A DNA stretch of 46,839 nt from Candidatus Xenobia bacterium (GCA_045863235.1 BTUM01000064.1:1-46839), one strand, 5' to 3'; positions 26,898 to 36,130 are shown, numbered from the stretch's first letter. Made by a program: numbers and translations. The notes: a model not told the origin generated them from the letters alone.

Positions 26898-27476
26898 TTG
26901 TCCGGCTGGGCCCGGCGCATCCTGGAGGGCTACCAGCAGGGGCTCTTCCCCATGGCCGCCCGCGAGGACGGCCGCCTGCGCTTCTACCACGCCAATCCGC
27001 GTGGCATCCTGCCGCTGGAAGCTGTGCACGTGCCCCGCCGGCTGGCCCGGCGCCTGCGCCGGAACCCCTTTACCATGCGCATCGACAGCGACTTCGCGGG
27101 AGTGGTGCAGGGCTGCTCCGAGCGCGCCGAGACGTGGATCTCCCCCGATCTGGTGCAGATCTACACCTTCCTGCACGAGAAGGGCTTCGCCCACTCGGTG
27201 GAGGCCTGGCTGGAGGAGCGGCTGGTGGGTGGGCTCTACGGCGTGGCGATCGGCGGGGCGTTCTTCGGAGAGTCCATGTTCGCCCGGGTGGACGACGCCT
27301 CCAAGGCCTGCCTTCTGCACCTGGTGCACCACCTCAACGAGCGCCGCTATCGGCTGCTCGACTGCCAGATGGTCACCGAGCACACCAAGAGATTTGGGGC
27401 CATCTGGATCCCCGAGTCGGAGTATCTCGACCGGCTGGAAAAGGCCCTGCGCCTCAAGCGGCGCTTCTGGCCGTGA
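26898..27476 (+). CDS. aat: Leucyl/phenylalanyl-tRNA--protein transferase
   Basis: Y.QGLFPMA, PRGIL, TWI, AHSVEAW, LVGGLYGV.IG..FFGESMF, DASK, LDCQ..T.H; start estimated. Confidence 0.93.
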   Translation: MSGWARRILEGYQQGLFPMAAREDGRLRFYHANPRGILPLEAVHVPRRLARRLRRNPFTMRIDSDFAGVVQGCSERAETWISPDLVQIYTFLHEKGFAHSVEAWLEERLVGGLYGVAIGGAFFGESMFARVDDASKACLLHLVHHLNERRYRLLDCQMVTEHTKRFGAIWIPESEYLDRLEKALRLKRRFWP

Positions 27477-27885
27477 GGGCCATTCGCAGGAGGTTTCGCA
27501 GAAGCTTCTGGCTCTCGTTGGTGTAGAGCAACACGAACTGGCCCGCGAATCCACCCACTCCCGCCATGAAATAGAGCACGCCTCCCCGGTAGGGCGACAG
27601 GCAACTCATCACCGCCGCCCCCGAGGCGCACAGGTAGGCCACGAACCAGCTGTAGTAAGGGGCGTACTCCGGATTGCGAGCCGAGTCCGGCAGGATGACA
27701 GCCACGAACAGGGCCAGGATATCGCGAGCCGCGGCCCCGACGCTGGCGCCGACGATGCGCATCCAGCTGCCCCGGGTCAGGTAGGCGCCAAGCGCGGCAA
27801 GCAGGCCCGGAATCAGGAGAAAGAGCCAGATCAGCAGAGTGTTGGTCAGGACCACAGGACAAGCATAGCGGGCGATCTCGGACAT
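27454..27885 (-). CDS. Hypothetical multi-pass membrane protein
   Basis: About four hydrophobic segments; follows adk on the same strand. Confidence 0.65.
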   Translation of the reverse strand: MSEIARYACPVVLTNTLLIWLFLLIPGLLAALGAYLTRGSWMRIVGASVGAAARDILALFVAVILPDSARNPEYAPYYSWFVAYLCASGAAVMSCLSPYRGGVLYFMAGVGGFAGQFVLLYTNESQKLLRNLLRMALTARSAA

Positions 27886-27893
27886 CTGCGAGC

Positions 27894-28691
27894 TTAGCGA
27901 GGGCGCAGATCTTGAGGGGTATCGATCACCTGCTGCAGGCGCTGGTTGACCTCTTCGACCGTGCCGACGCCGTCCACCCCGAAGTACTCGCCCTCGGAGC
28001 GGAAGTACTCGATGACCGGTCGGGTCTCGCTATGGTAGACCTCGAGCCGGTGGCTGATCACGTCGGGGGTGTCGTCGGCGCGGCCCCGCTTGGCCAGGCG
28101 GTCGTGGGTCTCGGAATCAGGGATCTCCAGGCCCACCACGATGAACTCGTCGAATCCGAGCTCGCGGCGCAGAGCCCGGAACATGGGAACCTGCTCGAAC
28201 TGGCGGGGGAAGCCGTCGAGGATGAAGCCTTTCCTGCAGTCCTCCTGGCTCATGCGCTCGAGGAGCATCTCGTACATCAGGTCGGATCCGACCATGTTGC
28301 CGTCCTTGATGATCGAATCGATGTGCTGGCCGCGCTCGCTGCCGCTGGCCACTTCGGCTCGCAGCAGCTCGCCGGTGGAGATGTGGGGAACTCCGTAACG
28401 CTCGGCCAGCATGGCGCCCTGAGTGCCTTTGCCGCTACCGGGAGGGCCCATGATGAGGATCTGAACCGGAACAGTCGTGGGGCCCGGGGCCATGGCCCCC
28501 ACCGTGGCCGCCTCCGCCAGGCCCTGCTGGGGGAAGAGCTGAACCGGGGCGCCCGCCCGCGAGCTGCTGCGGGCCGCGGCCAGGAACTGGTCCTCCGGCA
28601 GCAGCGGCTCGCCCTCTTCCTTACGGGGGCAGACCGCTCCCCAGGGGCTCGAGCCGGCGCTCGTCGGGCGCACGTTCAGGATGGTATTCAT
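27894..28691 (-). CDS. adk: Adenylate kinase (short-LID type) with a ~75-aa N-terminal extension
   Basis: GPPGSGKGTQ, HISTGELLR, GFILDGFPR, KRGRADD. Confidence 0.9.
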   Translation of the reverse strand: MNTILNVRPTSAGSSPWGAVCPRKEEGEPLLPEDQFLAAARSSSRAGAPVQLFPQQGLAEAATVGAMAPGPTTVPVQILIMGPPGSGKGTQGAMLAERYGVPHISTGELLRAEVASGSERGQHIDSIIKDGNMVGSDLMYEMLLERMSQEDCRKGFILDGFPRQFEQVPMFRALRRELGFDEFIVVGLEIPDSETHDRLAKRGRADDTPDVISHRLEVYHSETRPVIEYFRSEGEYFGVDGVGTVEEVNQRLQQVIDTPQDLRPR

Positions 28692-28763
28692 TACGGCAAG
28701 AGTATAGTTGGTGGAGTGGTTGCCGGGCGTGAACTGGCTGTTGCCGACATGTGTACAGCCCGA

Positions 28764-29833
28764 TCAGGCCCGGGTCAGCTTGCGGGCCGCCTCGGCCCAG
28801 CCCGTTTCGGCGGCGAAAGCGGTCTCGCCGTAGGCAGAGCCTTCCCGGGCAGCCGCCTCGGGGTCGAGCTCGATCTGCAGCCCGTGGGCCCCGGGATGTG
28901 TGGGGCCGTGCTGCTCGGCCAGCACAGCCTGCTCCAGAGTGCGCTGAACCTGCTGGCAGGCCTGCCGCAACCGGTCGTCCTGACCGGCGCGCTGCTCGAT
29001 CTGCCGGGTCAGGTCGTAAACGTCCTTGTATTGCCAGAAGGTCTGGGTCGCGCCGGCGGCCCCGCTCAGGTCGCAGGAAGTGGCCAGCACCGCCTGGCCA
29101 AGCTCTTTGACGGCCAGGCTGACCGCTCCGACCCGGCTCAAGTCGATGGCGGCCGAGGTGGGGATCTCCTCCCTGGGCCCCTGCGAGGCCAGCGCCACCA
29201 CGCGGCGGGCCAGCTCGGCCGGAGAATGGTCCATGTCTTGCAGAAGACGGTCATAGGGCAGGCCCAGGTAGCCCATCTCCTCCTCGGAGCCGATCATGAT
29301 GCCGGCCTCGTCGCGCAGCTGGTGGGCAACCTCCAGGCTGCCCATGTAGCAACAGTCGAAACTCAAGAGGTCCAGTTTGCGCCCGGTGGCCTCGCGGGCC
29401 AGCTGCAGCCCTTGTGGAGGTCGGGCAGGCTCATCCAGTCCTCGTGCCCGTCGTCCTGGCAGGCTCCCTTCCAGGCCTCGCCGTGGTCGGAAACCACCAA
29501 CCAGTAATTCTCGGCCGGGTAGTTCTTCATCCCCCACTGAATGAAGTCGGCCAGGGCCTCGGGGCGGGACATGCTGATCTCGCCCAGATCCATCTTGACC
29601 GGGGAGCGCAGGCCGGGCTGGTCGTCCGGGGCCAGCTCCAGCCGCTGCACGGTGCGGGGGCCGGCCGGATCAGGGTTGAGCCGGTGGTCGAGCTGGGCCA
29701 CCATCTGAAAGGTGTCCGAGCAACCCACCTTTTCCGCTTCGTCCAGATCGCCCACCTGATAGGCATACAGATCATTGTCGGAAGCCGACCAGACCATGAC
29801 CGTCCACTTCTTGAGGGGAGCTATCGCCTGCAT
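28764..29833 (-). pseudogene. Clostripain-family (C11) cysteine peptidase split by a 1-nt frameshift near 29410
   Basis: Upstream frame: WTVMVW..SDNDL, YPAENY.LVVSDHG (catalytic His). Downstream frame: LDLLSFDCCYMGSLEV (catalytic Cys), SEE. Confidence 0.8.
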
Positions 29834-29916
29834 GCAGGCCGAGTGTAGCCGTATCCCGGGTTCAGTGGATGACCCGGGTGTGAACTTTCATCCTCCGAGC
29901 GCGATCAAGCTGTGCC

Positions 29917-31875
29917 CTACTGGCGAGGAACGTGGGTCCCGCCGGTGTCGCTGTTCCAGCGCCAGACCGGTTGCCCGTCGGCTCCGTTGACGGTGATGTT
30001 CTCCAGCCGGTTGACGTCGATGCGGGTGCCGCCGTTGCCCTGACGATAGAGCACCTGACCGTCGCTGCCGTAGATGGCAAAGTTCTGGCTGCCGCCGTTG
30101 ATGGTAGCGCTGTCATTGCCCCAGCCGCCGCCGCCGTCGATGTTGACGCGATCGCGCCCACCGGTGACGTTGTAGGTGAAGTTGTCCGAGCGCCAGCCGC
30201 CTTCCATCTTCACCGTGTCGGCCCGGTCGCCGCCCTGCGCGGTCTGGTTGTTTCGGGCGAACCAGCCCCCATCCTGGGTGATGTTGTTGCGCCGATTCTG
30301 GTTCCCGATGGCGGTCTGGTTGTTCTCGCCTGTCCAGGAGCCGCTCTGGGTGACGTTCTGAGCACCCTGCGAAACCTGGTGGTTGGTGCCGCTGCCGGAG
30401 ACGTCCTGGCGCACGGTGGTGCCGCCGTTGACCACCTGGACGTTGTCGCCCCCACCGCCCTGCTGGTCCACGGTGGTGCCCCGCCTGGCGTTGACTACCT
30501 GCGTGTCGTCGCCGCTGCCGGCCTGCTGGGTGACGGTGCTGTTGCGGCCCACGGTGGCCTGCTGCGTGTTATCGCCGTGCCCGGCATCCTGGTTGACGGT
30601 GCTGCCGCGACCGGCAGTGACCCTCTGGTCATCGTGACCCCAGGTGGCTTGCTGATTGACGGTGCTGCCCCGGCCCACCTCGGCCGACTGGCGGTTGTCC
30701 CCGTTGCCCGCGTCCTGGTTCACGCGGCTGTGGCGGCCTGCCTCCACCCGCTGCTGGTCGTCGCCATAGCGAGCATCCTGGTTGACCGTGCTGCCCCGGC
30801 CCACACCGGCATACTGGTCGTTGTTCCCAGCGCCGGCATCTTGATTGACGGTGACGTTCCGGCCGGCGTCCACGCGCTGCGAATCGTCCCCCCAGCGGGC
30901 CGTCTGGGTGATGTTGTCGCCCCGGCCGCCATCCACGGTCTGGCGATTGTCCCCGAAGCCGGCGTGCTGGGTGATGGTATCCGGACCGCGTCCGCCTCGT
31001 GCATACTGAGAATCGTTGCCAAAGCCGCCATACTGCTCGATGGTGTCGCGGCCGCGGCCGCCGTAAGCATACTGGCGGTCGTCGCCAAACGAGCCGCGCT
31101 GGGTGATATGGTCATCCCCGCCCCGACCGTGAGCCACCTGCTGGTCGTTGTCCCAGGTGCCGTGCTGGCGGATGCGCTCGCTCCACCAGTTCCCATGATG
31201 GCGCTCGCGGTGTTCCACCGGTCCCTGCTCGAAGGGCCGCTGGCGGGGCTCAGGATGGTGATGCCCGTGGTCATGAGGGTGACCATGGTGATGCCCGTGA
31301 TCGCAGTGATGCGGGCGGTCCGGCTGGGGCATCGGATTGGGATACTGCGGGTAGCACTGATGAGGAGGGCTGCCGAACTGGTCCTGCCAGGGCCGCACGT
31401 GCTGGTGGTGGCAGCAGCACTGCGGCTGCTGGGGGAAATGCTGGGGGGGGAGCCCGTTGCCCGGGAAGGCGCCGGGATACAGCGGATAACCGGCCGGGAA
31501 ACCCATCTGCATCCCCATGTTGCCGTTCGCCGGACCGTAGCCGCCCATCATCTGTTGCATGAACTGCTCTTGCTGGGCCCGCTGCTGGTCCATCATGTTG
31601 TGCTGGCCCACCGCGCCGCCCACCGTGCTGCCGAGCATGAAGCCGATCAGGGCCCCGATGGGGCCGCCGCCGAGCACGAAGCCGGCGATTCCGCCCAGGA
31701 CCCCGCCCGCCAGGCCACCTGTCACCGGGTTTCCGAAGGCTGCTTTGGCGCCCTGGCCAATCTCTTTGGAGAAGAAGCCAGCACCAGCTCCCACAGCCGC
31801 CCCGACCGGGCCGCCGACCACGAAGCCGATGGCTCCCCCGACCACGGCTTTTCCAATGCGCTCAAAGAAACCCAT
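29917..31875 (-). CDS. Glycine-zipper protein with a His/Gln/Pro-rich linker and 21-22-aa beta-solenoid (RTX/curlin-like) repeats
   Basis: GGAIGFVVGGPVGAAVGAGAG; HDHGHHH; GGRGxDTIxQ repeats, then STVNQDAGxGDNxQ repeats; GGAGG SD. Confidence 0.85.
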   Translation of the reverse strand: MGFFERIGKAVVGGAIGFVVGGPVGAAVGAGAGFFSKEIGQGAKAAFGNPVTGGLAGGVLGGIAGFVLGGGPIGALIGFMLGSTVGGAVGQHNMMDQQRAQQEQFMQQMMGGYGPANGNMGMQMGFPAGYPLYPGAFPGNGLPPQHFPQQPQCCCHHQHVRPWQDQFGSPPHQCYPQYPNPMPQPDRPHHCDHGHHHGHPHDHGHHHPEPRQRPFEQGPVEHRERHHGNWWSERIRQHGTWDNDQQVAHGRGGDDHITQRGSFGDDRQYAYGGRGRDTIEQYGGFGNDSQYARGGRGPDTITQHAGFGDNRQTVDGGRGDNITQTARWGDDSQRVDAGRNVTVNQDAGAGNNDQYAGVGRGSTVNQDARYGDDQQRVEAGRHSRVNQDAGNGDNRQSAEVGRGSTVNQQATWGHDDQRVTAGRGSTVNQDAGHGDNTQQATVGRNSTVTQQAGSGDDTQVVNARRGTTVDQQGGGGDNVQVVNGGTTVRQDVSGSGTNHQVSQGAQNVTQSGSWTGENNQTAIGNQNRRNNITQDGGWFARNNQTAQGGDRADTVKMEGGWRSDNFTYNVTGGRDRVNIDGGGGWGNDSATINGGSQNFAIYGSDGQVLYRQGNGGTRIDVNRLENITVNGADGQPVWRWNSDTGGTHVPRQ

Positions 31876-31968
31876 GACAAAACCTCCACAGGCGAGTTCC
31901 CTTGGAACATCACGAGCCTGCCCGGAATTGTCTAGAGGTCCAGCCGCAAAACCCCCCTGTGGTGTCTG

Positions 31969-32014
31969 GCAGGGTGATGCAAAGTCCTCGAAGAGGGCTT
32001 TTGCATCAGCCTGC
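31969..32014 (-). terminator. Long hairpin directly after the tsaD stop
   Basis: GCAGG.TGATGCAAAG.CCTC-GAA-GAGG.CTTTTGCATCA.CCTGC. Confidence 0.6.
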
Positions 32015-33051
32015 TAGGGTGAGCGCCGAAAGTCGAGCGGCAGGCTGGCCTGGGCTTCCAACTCCAGAGTCGAGCGCCAGCCCAGCCGGGCCGCCTCCCA
32101 GCCCGCCCGGGCAATCATGGCCGCGTTGTCGGTGCAGAGCGAAGGCGCTGGCACCACCAGCCGCAGCCCATACTCGCCGGCCTGGCGGGCCAGGTCGGCG
32201 CGCAACTCGCTGTTGCAGGCTACTCCCCCCGCCACGGCGATGGTGGGCACGCCTTTGTCGCGAGCGGCCCGCAGCAGCTTGGTGGCCAGCACGTCCACCA
32301 CGGCCGCCTGAAAGCTGGCGCAGACATCCTCGACCGACACCTCGGGATGGGCCTTGCGCTCCACCAATACGGCCGTCTTCAGGCCAGAGAATGAGAACTC
32401 ATAGCCCCGATCGCGCATGGGGCGTGGAAAATCGAGCGCGTCGCGCCGCCCCGAGCGGCTCAGGCGGTCCACCAGCGGGCCTCCGGGATAACCCAGCCCG
32501 AGCAGCTTGGCCACCTTGTCGAAAGCCTCGCCGGCGGCGTCATCGCGCGTTCCGCCCAGCACCTCCAGGCCCTCCCAGGAAGGCAGGTGCACCAGCAGGG
32601 TGTGCCCCCCCGAGACCAGCAGGCACACCAGCGGGGGCTCGAGCTCGGGCTCCTGGAGAAAAACCGAGGCCAGATGGCCTTCCAGGTGGTTGACTCCGAT
32701 CAGGGGACGGTCCAGGACCAGCGCCAGCGTCTTGGCGAAGGCAACCCCCAGCAGCACGGCGCCGATCAGACCGGGTCCACAGGTCACTGCCACGGCCTCC
32801 AGCTCGCGCGGGGAGACGCCGGCCTGGCTCAAGCATTCTTCGTACAGAGGGTTGAGCACCTCCAGGTGCTTGCGGCAGGCCAGCTCGGGCACCACCCCGC
32901 CGTACTTCTTGTGCAGCTCGGCCTGTGAGGAGACCAGACTGGCTCGAATCTTGACCCCATCCTCCAGCACGGCCAGCGAGGTCTCGTCGCAGGAGCTCTC
33001 CACTCCCAGGATCAGTCGTGGAGAGTAGGGAGCAAGCCGCTGGTGGGTCAC
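32014..33051 (-). CDS. tsaD: tRNA N6-threonylcarbamoyltransferase
   Basis: GVESSCDET, GGVVPE.A.R.H, GPGL, NHLEGH, VSGGHT, DDAAGEAFDK, FSFSGLKT, GGVACN, TDNAAMI. Confidence 0.97.
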   Translation of the reverse strand: MTHQRLAPYSPRLILGVESSCDETSLAVLEDGVKIRASLVSSQAELHKKYGGVVPELACRKHLEVLNPLYEECLSQAGVSPRELEAVAVTCGPGLIGAVLLGVAFAKTLALVLDRPLIGVNHLEGHLASVFLQEPELEPPLVCLLVSGGHTLLVHLPSWEGLEVLGGTRDDAAGEAFDKVAKLLGLGYPGGPLVDRLSRSGRRDALDFPRPMRDRGYEFSFSGLKTAVLVERKAHPEVSVEDVCASFQAAVVDVLATKLLRAARDKGVPTIAVAGGVACNSELRADLARQAGEYGLRLVVPAPSLCTDNAAMIARAGWEAARLGWRSTLELEAQASLPLDFRRSP

Positions 33052-33539
33052 GAAAGCGCGCTGGCGATCTGATCGAGGCGGGCGTCGAAGCTGCGCGACT
33101 GCAGGTTACCGGCCCACATGATCACGGCGTCGTGGCCGCTCTCGTAGTAGCCCTTGCGCAGCCCGATGCGGGCGAAACCGAAGCGGCGATACATCTTGAG
33201 GGCCACCTCGTTGTCCACCCGCACCTCCAGGGTGGCCCAACGCGCTCCCAGCGCCTGACAGCTTCGCAGCAGGTGGTAGAGCAAGCGTTTGCCCAACCCG
33301 CCGCCGCGCCGCGCGGGATCGACCGCGATGGAGGTGATGTGGGCCTCGTCGAGCACCAGCCAGACCCCGGCGTAGCCCAGCACCTCATCCCCCTGGCGGG
33401 CCACCAGATAGTGCGCCGAGCGATTGGTCTTGAGCTCGTTGAGAAAGGCCTCGTCGGGCCAGGTGGTGGCGAACGAGCTCCCCTCGATGCGGCGCACGCT
33501 GGCCACGTCGCCCTCGCGCATGGGCTCGACCACGATCAC
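33048..33539 (-). CDS. rimI: Ribosomal protein S18 alanine N-acetyltransferase (GNAT)
   Basis: EAHITSIAV.P..R..GLG, TLEVRVDN..A..MY..FGF...G.RKGYY. Confidence 0.9.
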   Translation of the reverse strand: MIVVEPMREGDVASVRRIEGSSFATTWPDEAFLNELKTNRSAHYLVARQGDEVLGYAGVWLVLDEAHITSIAVDPARRGGGLGKRLLYHLLRSCQALGARWATLEVRVDNEVALKMYRRFGFARIGLRKGYYESGHDAVIMWAGNLQSRSFDARLDQIASALS

Positions 33540-33546
33540 GGCAGGC

Positions 33547-33837
33547 TCAGATCTCAACGCGCGTCCAGGAGCTGATGGCCACGGGGGCGGCCACGATCTG
33601 GGGGGCCTGGGCAAAGAGAGCCTTGATGTGGGGCGTCTCCAGATGGGCCGCCAGAGCCTGGGGACTGGCCCAGCGCTCGATCATGAGGAAGCGGGTGGGA
33701 TTGTCGGGGGAGCGGTACAGATGGTATTCCAGGCAACCCTCCTCCTCCCGGGTGGGGCCGACCACGGCGGCCATGGCGGCCACCAGCTCATCCTCCTTGC
33801 CCGGCTGTACCTCGATGTTGGCGGTTACGTGGATCAT
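33547..33837 (-). CDS. ABM-domain (putative quinol monooxygenase) protein
   Basis: V.PGKEDE, TREEEGCLEY.L, F.MIERW.S..AL.AHL.TPH. Confidence 0.88.
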   Translation of the reverse strand: MIHVTANIEVQPGKEDELVAAMAAVVGPTREEEGCLEYHLYRSPDNPTRFLMIERWASPQALAAHLETPHIKALFAQAPQIVAAPVAISSWTRVEI

Positions 33838-34487
33838 GGGCTTCCTCCCGAATGAATCTGCACCTCGGCGGCCCGCACGTAGGCCGGCTCGAGCTGGCTC
33901 CAGCTCACTTCCGTCCCATCGCGTGCCAGCAGAGCCACCTGGCCGGCCCGCACCCACCAGAAAGGGCGGGCCGCGGCCCGCGCCCGGGAGGGAAGCTGGC
34001 CGTAGCGCTCGAGGGCGTTTCCCGTCACCAGGCATTCCCCCTGCTGGGCCAGCCAATCGGGCCAATCCCGGGCCGAGAGAAGCGCATTGGGAGTCAGCCG
34101 CTCCCCGGCTCGAAAGGCGGCCGCCACCACTTCGCCTTTCCGCACGTCGCTGGCGGCCACCACCACCTCCTGCGTCACACAGCCGGCAGCCAGAGCCTGC
34201 AGGGCATCCACCCCCACGATGGGCTTCTCCAACGCCTGAGCAAGCGTTCGCGCGATCAGGACGCCCAGGCGCACTCCTGTAAACGAGCCGGGGCCCAGGG
34301 TGACAGCCAGCCGGTCGCACTGACTCAGCTCCACCCCGGCCAGCCGGGCCACCTCTCCCAGGGAGGGCGTCAGGCTGCGCAACTGGGTGCGCGGATGCCG
34401 GCAAACCAGCTCGGCCAGCACCTCGGAGCCGCGCGCCAGGGCCACCGACCAGCTCTCGCCCGTGCAGTCCAGGGCCGCGATCAGCAC
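33834..34487 (-). CDS. tsaB: t6A biosynthesis protein TsaB
   Basis: ALDCT, GPGSFTGVRLG, D.RKGEV, LEPAYVR. Confidence 0.92.
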   Translation of the reverse strand: MLIAALDCTGESWSVALARGSEVLAELVCRHPRTQLRSLTPSLGEVARLAGVELSQCDRLAVTLGPGSFTGVRLGVLIARTLAQALEKPIVGVDALQALAAGCVTQEVVVAASDVRKGEVVAAAFRAGERLTPNALLSARDWPDWLAQQGECLVTGNALERYGQLPSRARAAARPFWWVRAGQVALLARDGTEVSWSQLEPAYVRAAEVQIHSGGSP

Positions 34488-34930
34488 AGCGCCGCCAACA
34501 AGCGTTCGGGCTCGGGGCCCATCGCGCTCAGGGCCACCCTTCGCCCTTCCTCCAGCAGAGAAAAGCGCAGCTCCAGCCGTTCGGGCGGCAGAGCTTGCAG
34601 CACCCGCTCCGACCACTCCAGCAGCACCACCCCGTCGTCACATTCCTCGATGCCCAGCTCCAAGAGATCGCGCGCCGAGTCCAGGCGGTAGGCGTCGAAA
34701 TGGTAGACCGGCAGGCGCCCCTGATAGATGTGCTGGAGAACGAAAGTAGGGCTGGTGATGCTCTGGCTCACTCCCAACCCGCGGCCAATCCCGCGGGCGA
34801 AGGTGGTCTTGCCCGCCCCGAGATCGCCATAGCAAGCCAGCATCACGGGCTGGTCGATGAGACGGCCCAGGCGCTCCCCCAGGGCCTCGGTGTCCTCAAC
34901 GGTCAGGCAATCAATCGTCTTTGCTGCCAA
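34481..34930 (-). CDS. tsaE: t6A biosynthesis ATPase TsaE
   Basis: GDLGAGKTTF, SPTF, HFDAYRL, LEW; start estimated at TTG 34930. Confidence 0.93.
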   Translation of the reverse strand: MAAKTIDCLTVEDTEALGERLGRLIDQPVMLACYGDLGAGKTTFARGIGRGLGVSQSITSPTFVLQHIYQGRLPVYHFDAYRLDSARDLLELGIEECDDGVVLLEWSERVLQALPPERLELRFSLLEEGRRVALSAMGPEPERLLAALC

Positions 34931-35636
34931 AAAATGCCACGGCCAGACCGATGGCCAGACCGGCTCCCACAGCCAGGGCAGCCCCCGTGGTGGTGTCGGT
35001 CTTGCGAGTGTGCTCGAGCTCGGGCTCTCGGTATTCGCCAACCTTCTCCTGCTTGATGTCGGGCCGGTGGTGATGGTAATAACCGCCGATCCGCCAGGAG
35101 GTCTTTCGCTCGTAGCGGCCGTCAGCCTGCTTGACGTAGCGCTCGCGCGGCTCGGGAATGGGCACGGTGTACTCGGTGCTTCCCTCCATGCGGGGATGGT
35201 TGATGGGGCGGTCGTGCCAGACTTCCTCCACCTGGTCGTTCTCGGCGCTGCGAAAACCGAGCACTCCGCCGGTGACCGCTCCGGCCACCGCCCCCAGAAC
35301 CGTGCCCACCGGTCCGCAGAAGCTGCCGGCAGCGGCTCCGGCCGTCAATCCCCCCAGAATGGCGTAGCCTACCGAGCGTTTCTTGGGGTCGTAGGGCTTC
35401 TCGCTCAGGGTCTCGGTGACGGTCTCGAGCCGCGGGGCCCCTTGCTCATCGTAGACGGGCACGTCGCGATAGACCTCCACCGGGCCGCCCTCATTGGTGT
35501 CGTGCTTCTTGACGCTGCCCAGGCCATGTTGGGGCAGCAGGCCCCGCCCCTCGACGTAGTCGCGGGGGACGCTGCCAAGCCGCTGGCGAGTGGTAACGGG
35601 GCGATCATAGGTGCGCGTGACGGTGGTTCTGTTCAT
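34911..35636 (-). CDS. Hypothetical membrane protein with a glycine-zipper segment
   Basis: GGLTAGAAAGSFCGPVGTVLGAVAGAVTGGVLG plus a C-terminal TM; TAGACT 7 nt before the ATG. Confidence 0.75.
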   Translation of the reverse strand: MNRTTVTRTYDRPVTTRQRLGSVPRDYVEGRGLLPQHGLGSVKKHDTNEGGPVEVYRDVPVYDEQGAPRLETVTETLSEKPYDPKKRSVGYAILGGLTAGAAAGSFCGPVGTVLGAVAGAVTGGVLGFRSAENDQVEEVWHDRPINHPRMEGSTEYTVPIPEPRERYVKQADGRYERKTSWRIGGYYHHHRPDIKQEKVGEYREPELEHTRKTDTTTGAALAVGAGLAIGLAVAFFGSKDD

Positions 35637-35709
35637 GCCAGCCAGTCTACCGGGATCCGAGCGGGTTGTTGTGGAACGCATGTTACGAATCGGGCAGAGG
35701 AGGCGAGGC

Positions 35710-36108
35710 GTGGACGAGCTATCCGGAAAAGCCAAGGACACCCTGATGAAAGGGTGGGGGTTCCTCAAGAATCGCGCCAAGGAGACGATGGACGTCACCA
35801 AGACGGCCGGTCAACTGCGCGAGCAGCAAAAGCGATATAGCGAGCTGATCAGCGATCTGGGTCACCGGGTTTACGCCATGGTCCAGAGCGACAAGATCGA
35901 CATGGAAAGCCTGCGCGAGCGTTGCGCCGAGATCGAGGCGCTGGAGAAGGAAATCGAGCAACTGCAGACCGATCTCGGCGAGAAGAAGGCGGAATTCAAG
36001 GAGCACCTGGGGGATGCCGTACCCAAGCGGCGCACCTGTCCCCGCTGCAACGCCCCCCTGGGCCTGCTCGACCAGGAGTGCCCTCGTTGTGCTCCGGCGC
36101 CGGAATAA
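35710..36108 (+). CDS. Coiled-coil protein with a C-terminal zinc ribbon
   Basis: GAGGAGG before GTG; CPRC-x10-CPRC. Confidence 0.8.
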   Translation: MDELSGKAKDTLMKGWGFLKNRAKETMDVTKTAGQLREQQKRYSELISDLGHRVYAMVQSDKIDMESLRERCAEIEALEKEIEQLQTDLGEKKAEFKEHLGDAVPKRRTCPRCNAPLGLLDQECPRCAPAPE

Positions 36109-36130
36109 AGCGCAGGAAGAGCCCATTCGC

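Noticed and set aside
28712..28756. Degenerate remnant of the 62-bp repeat (GTTGCCGACATGTG)
   Set aside because: Match is too short and lacks both stems.
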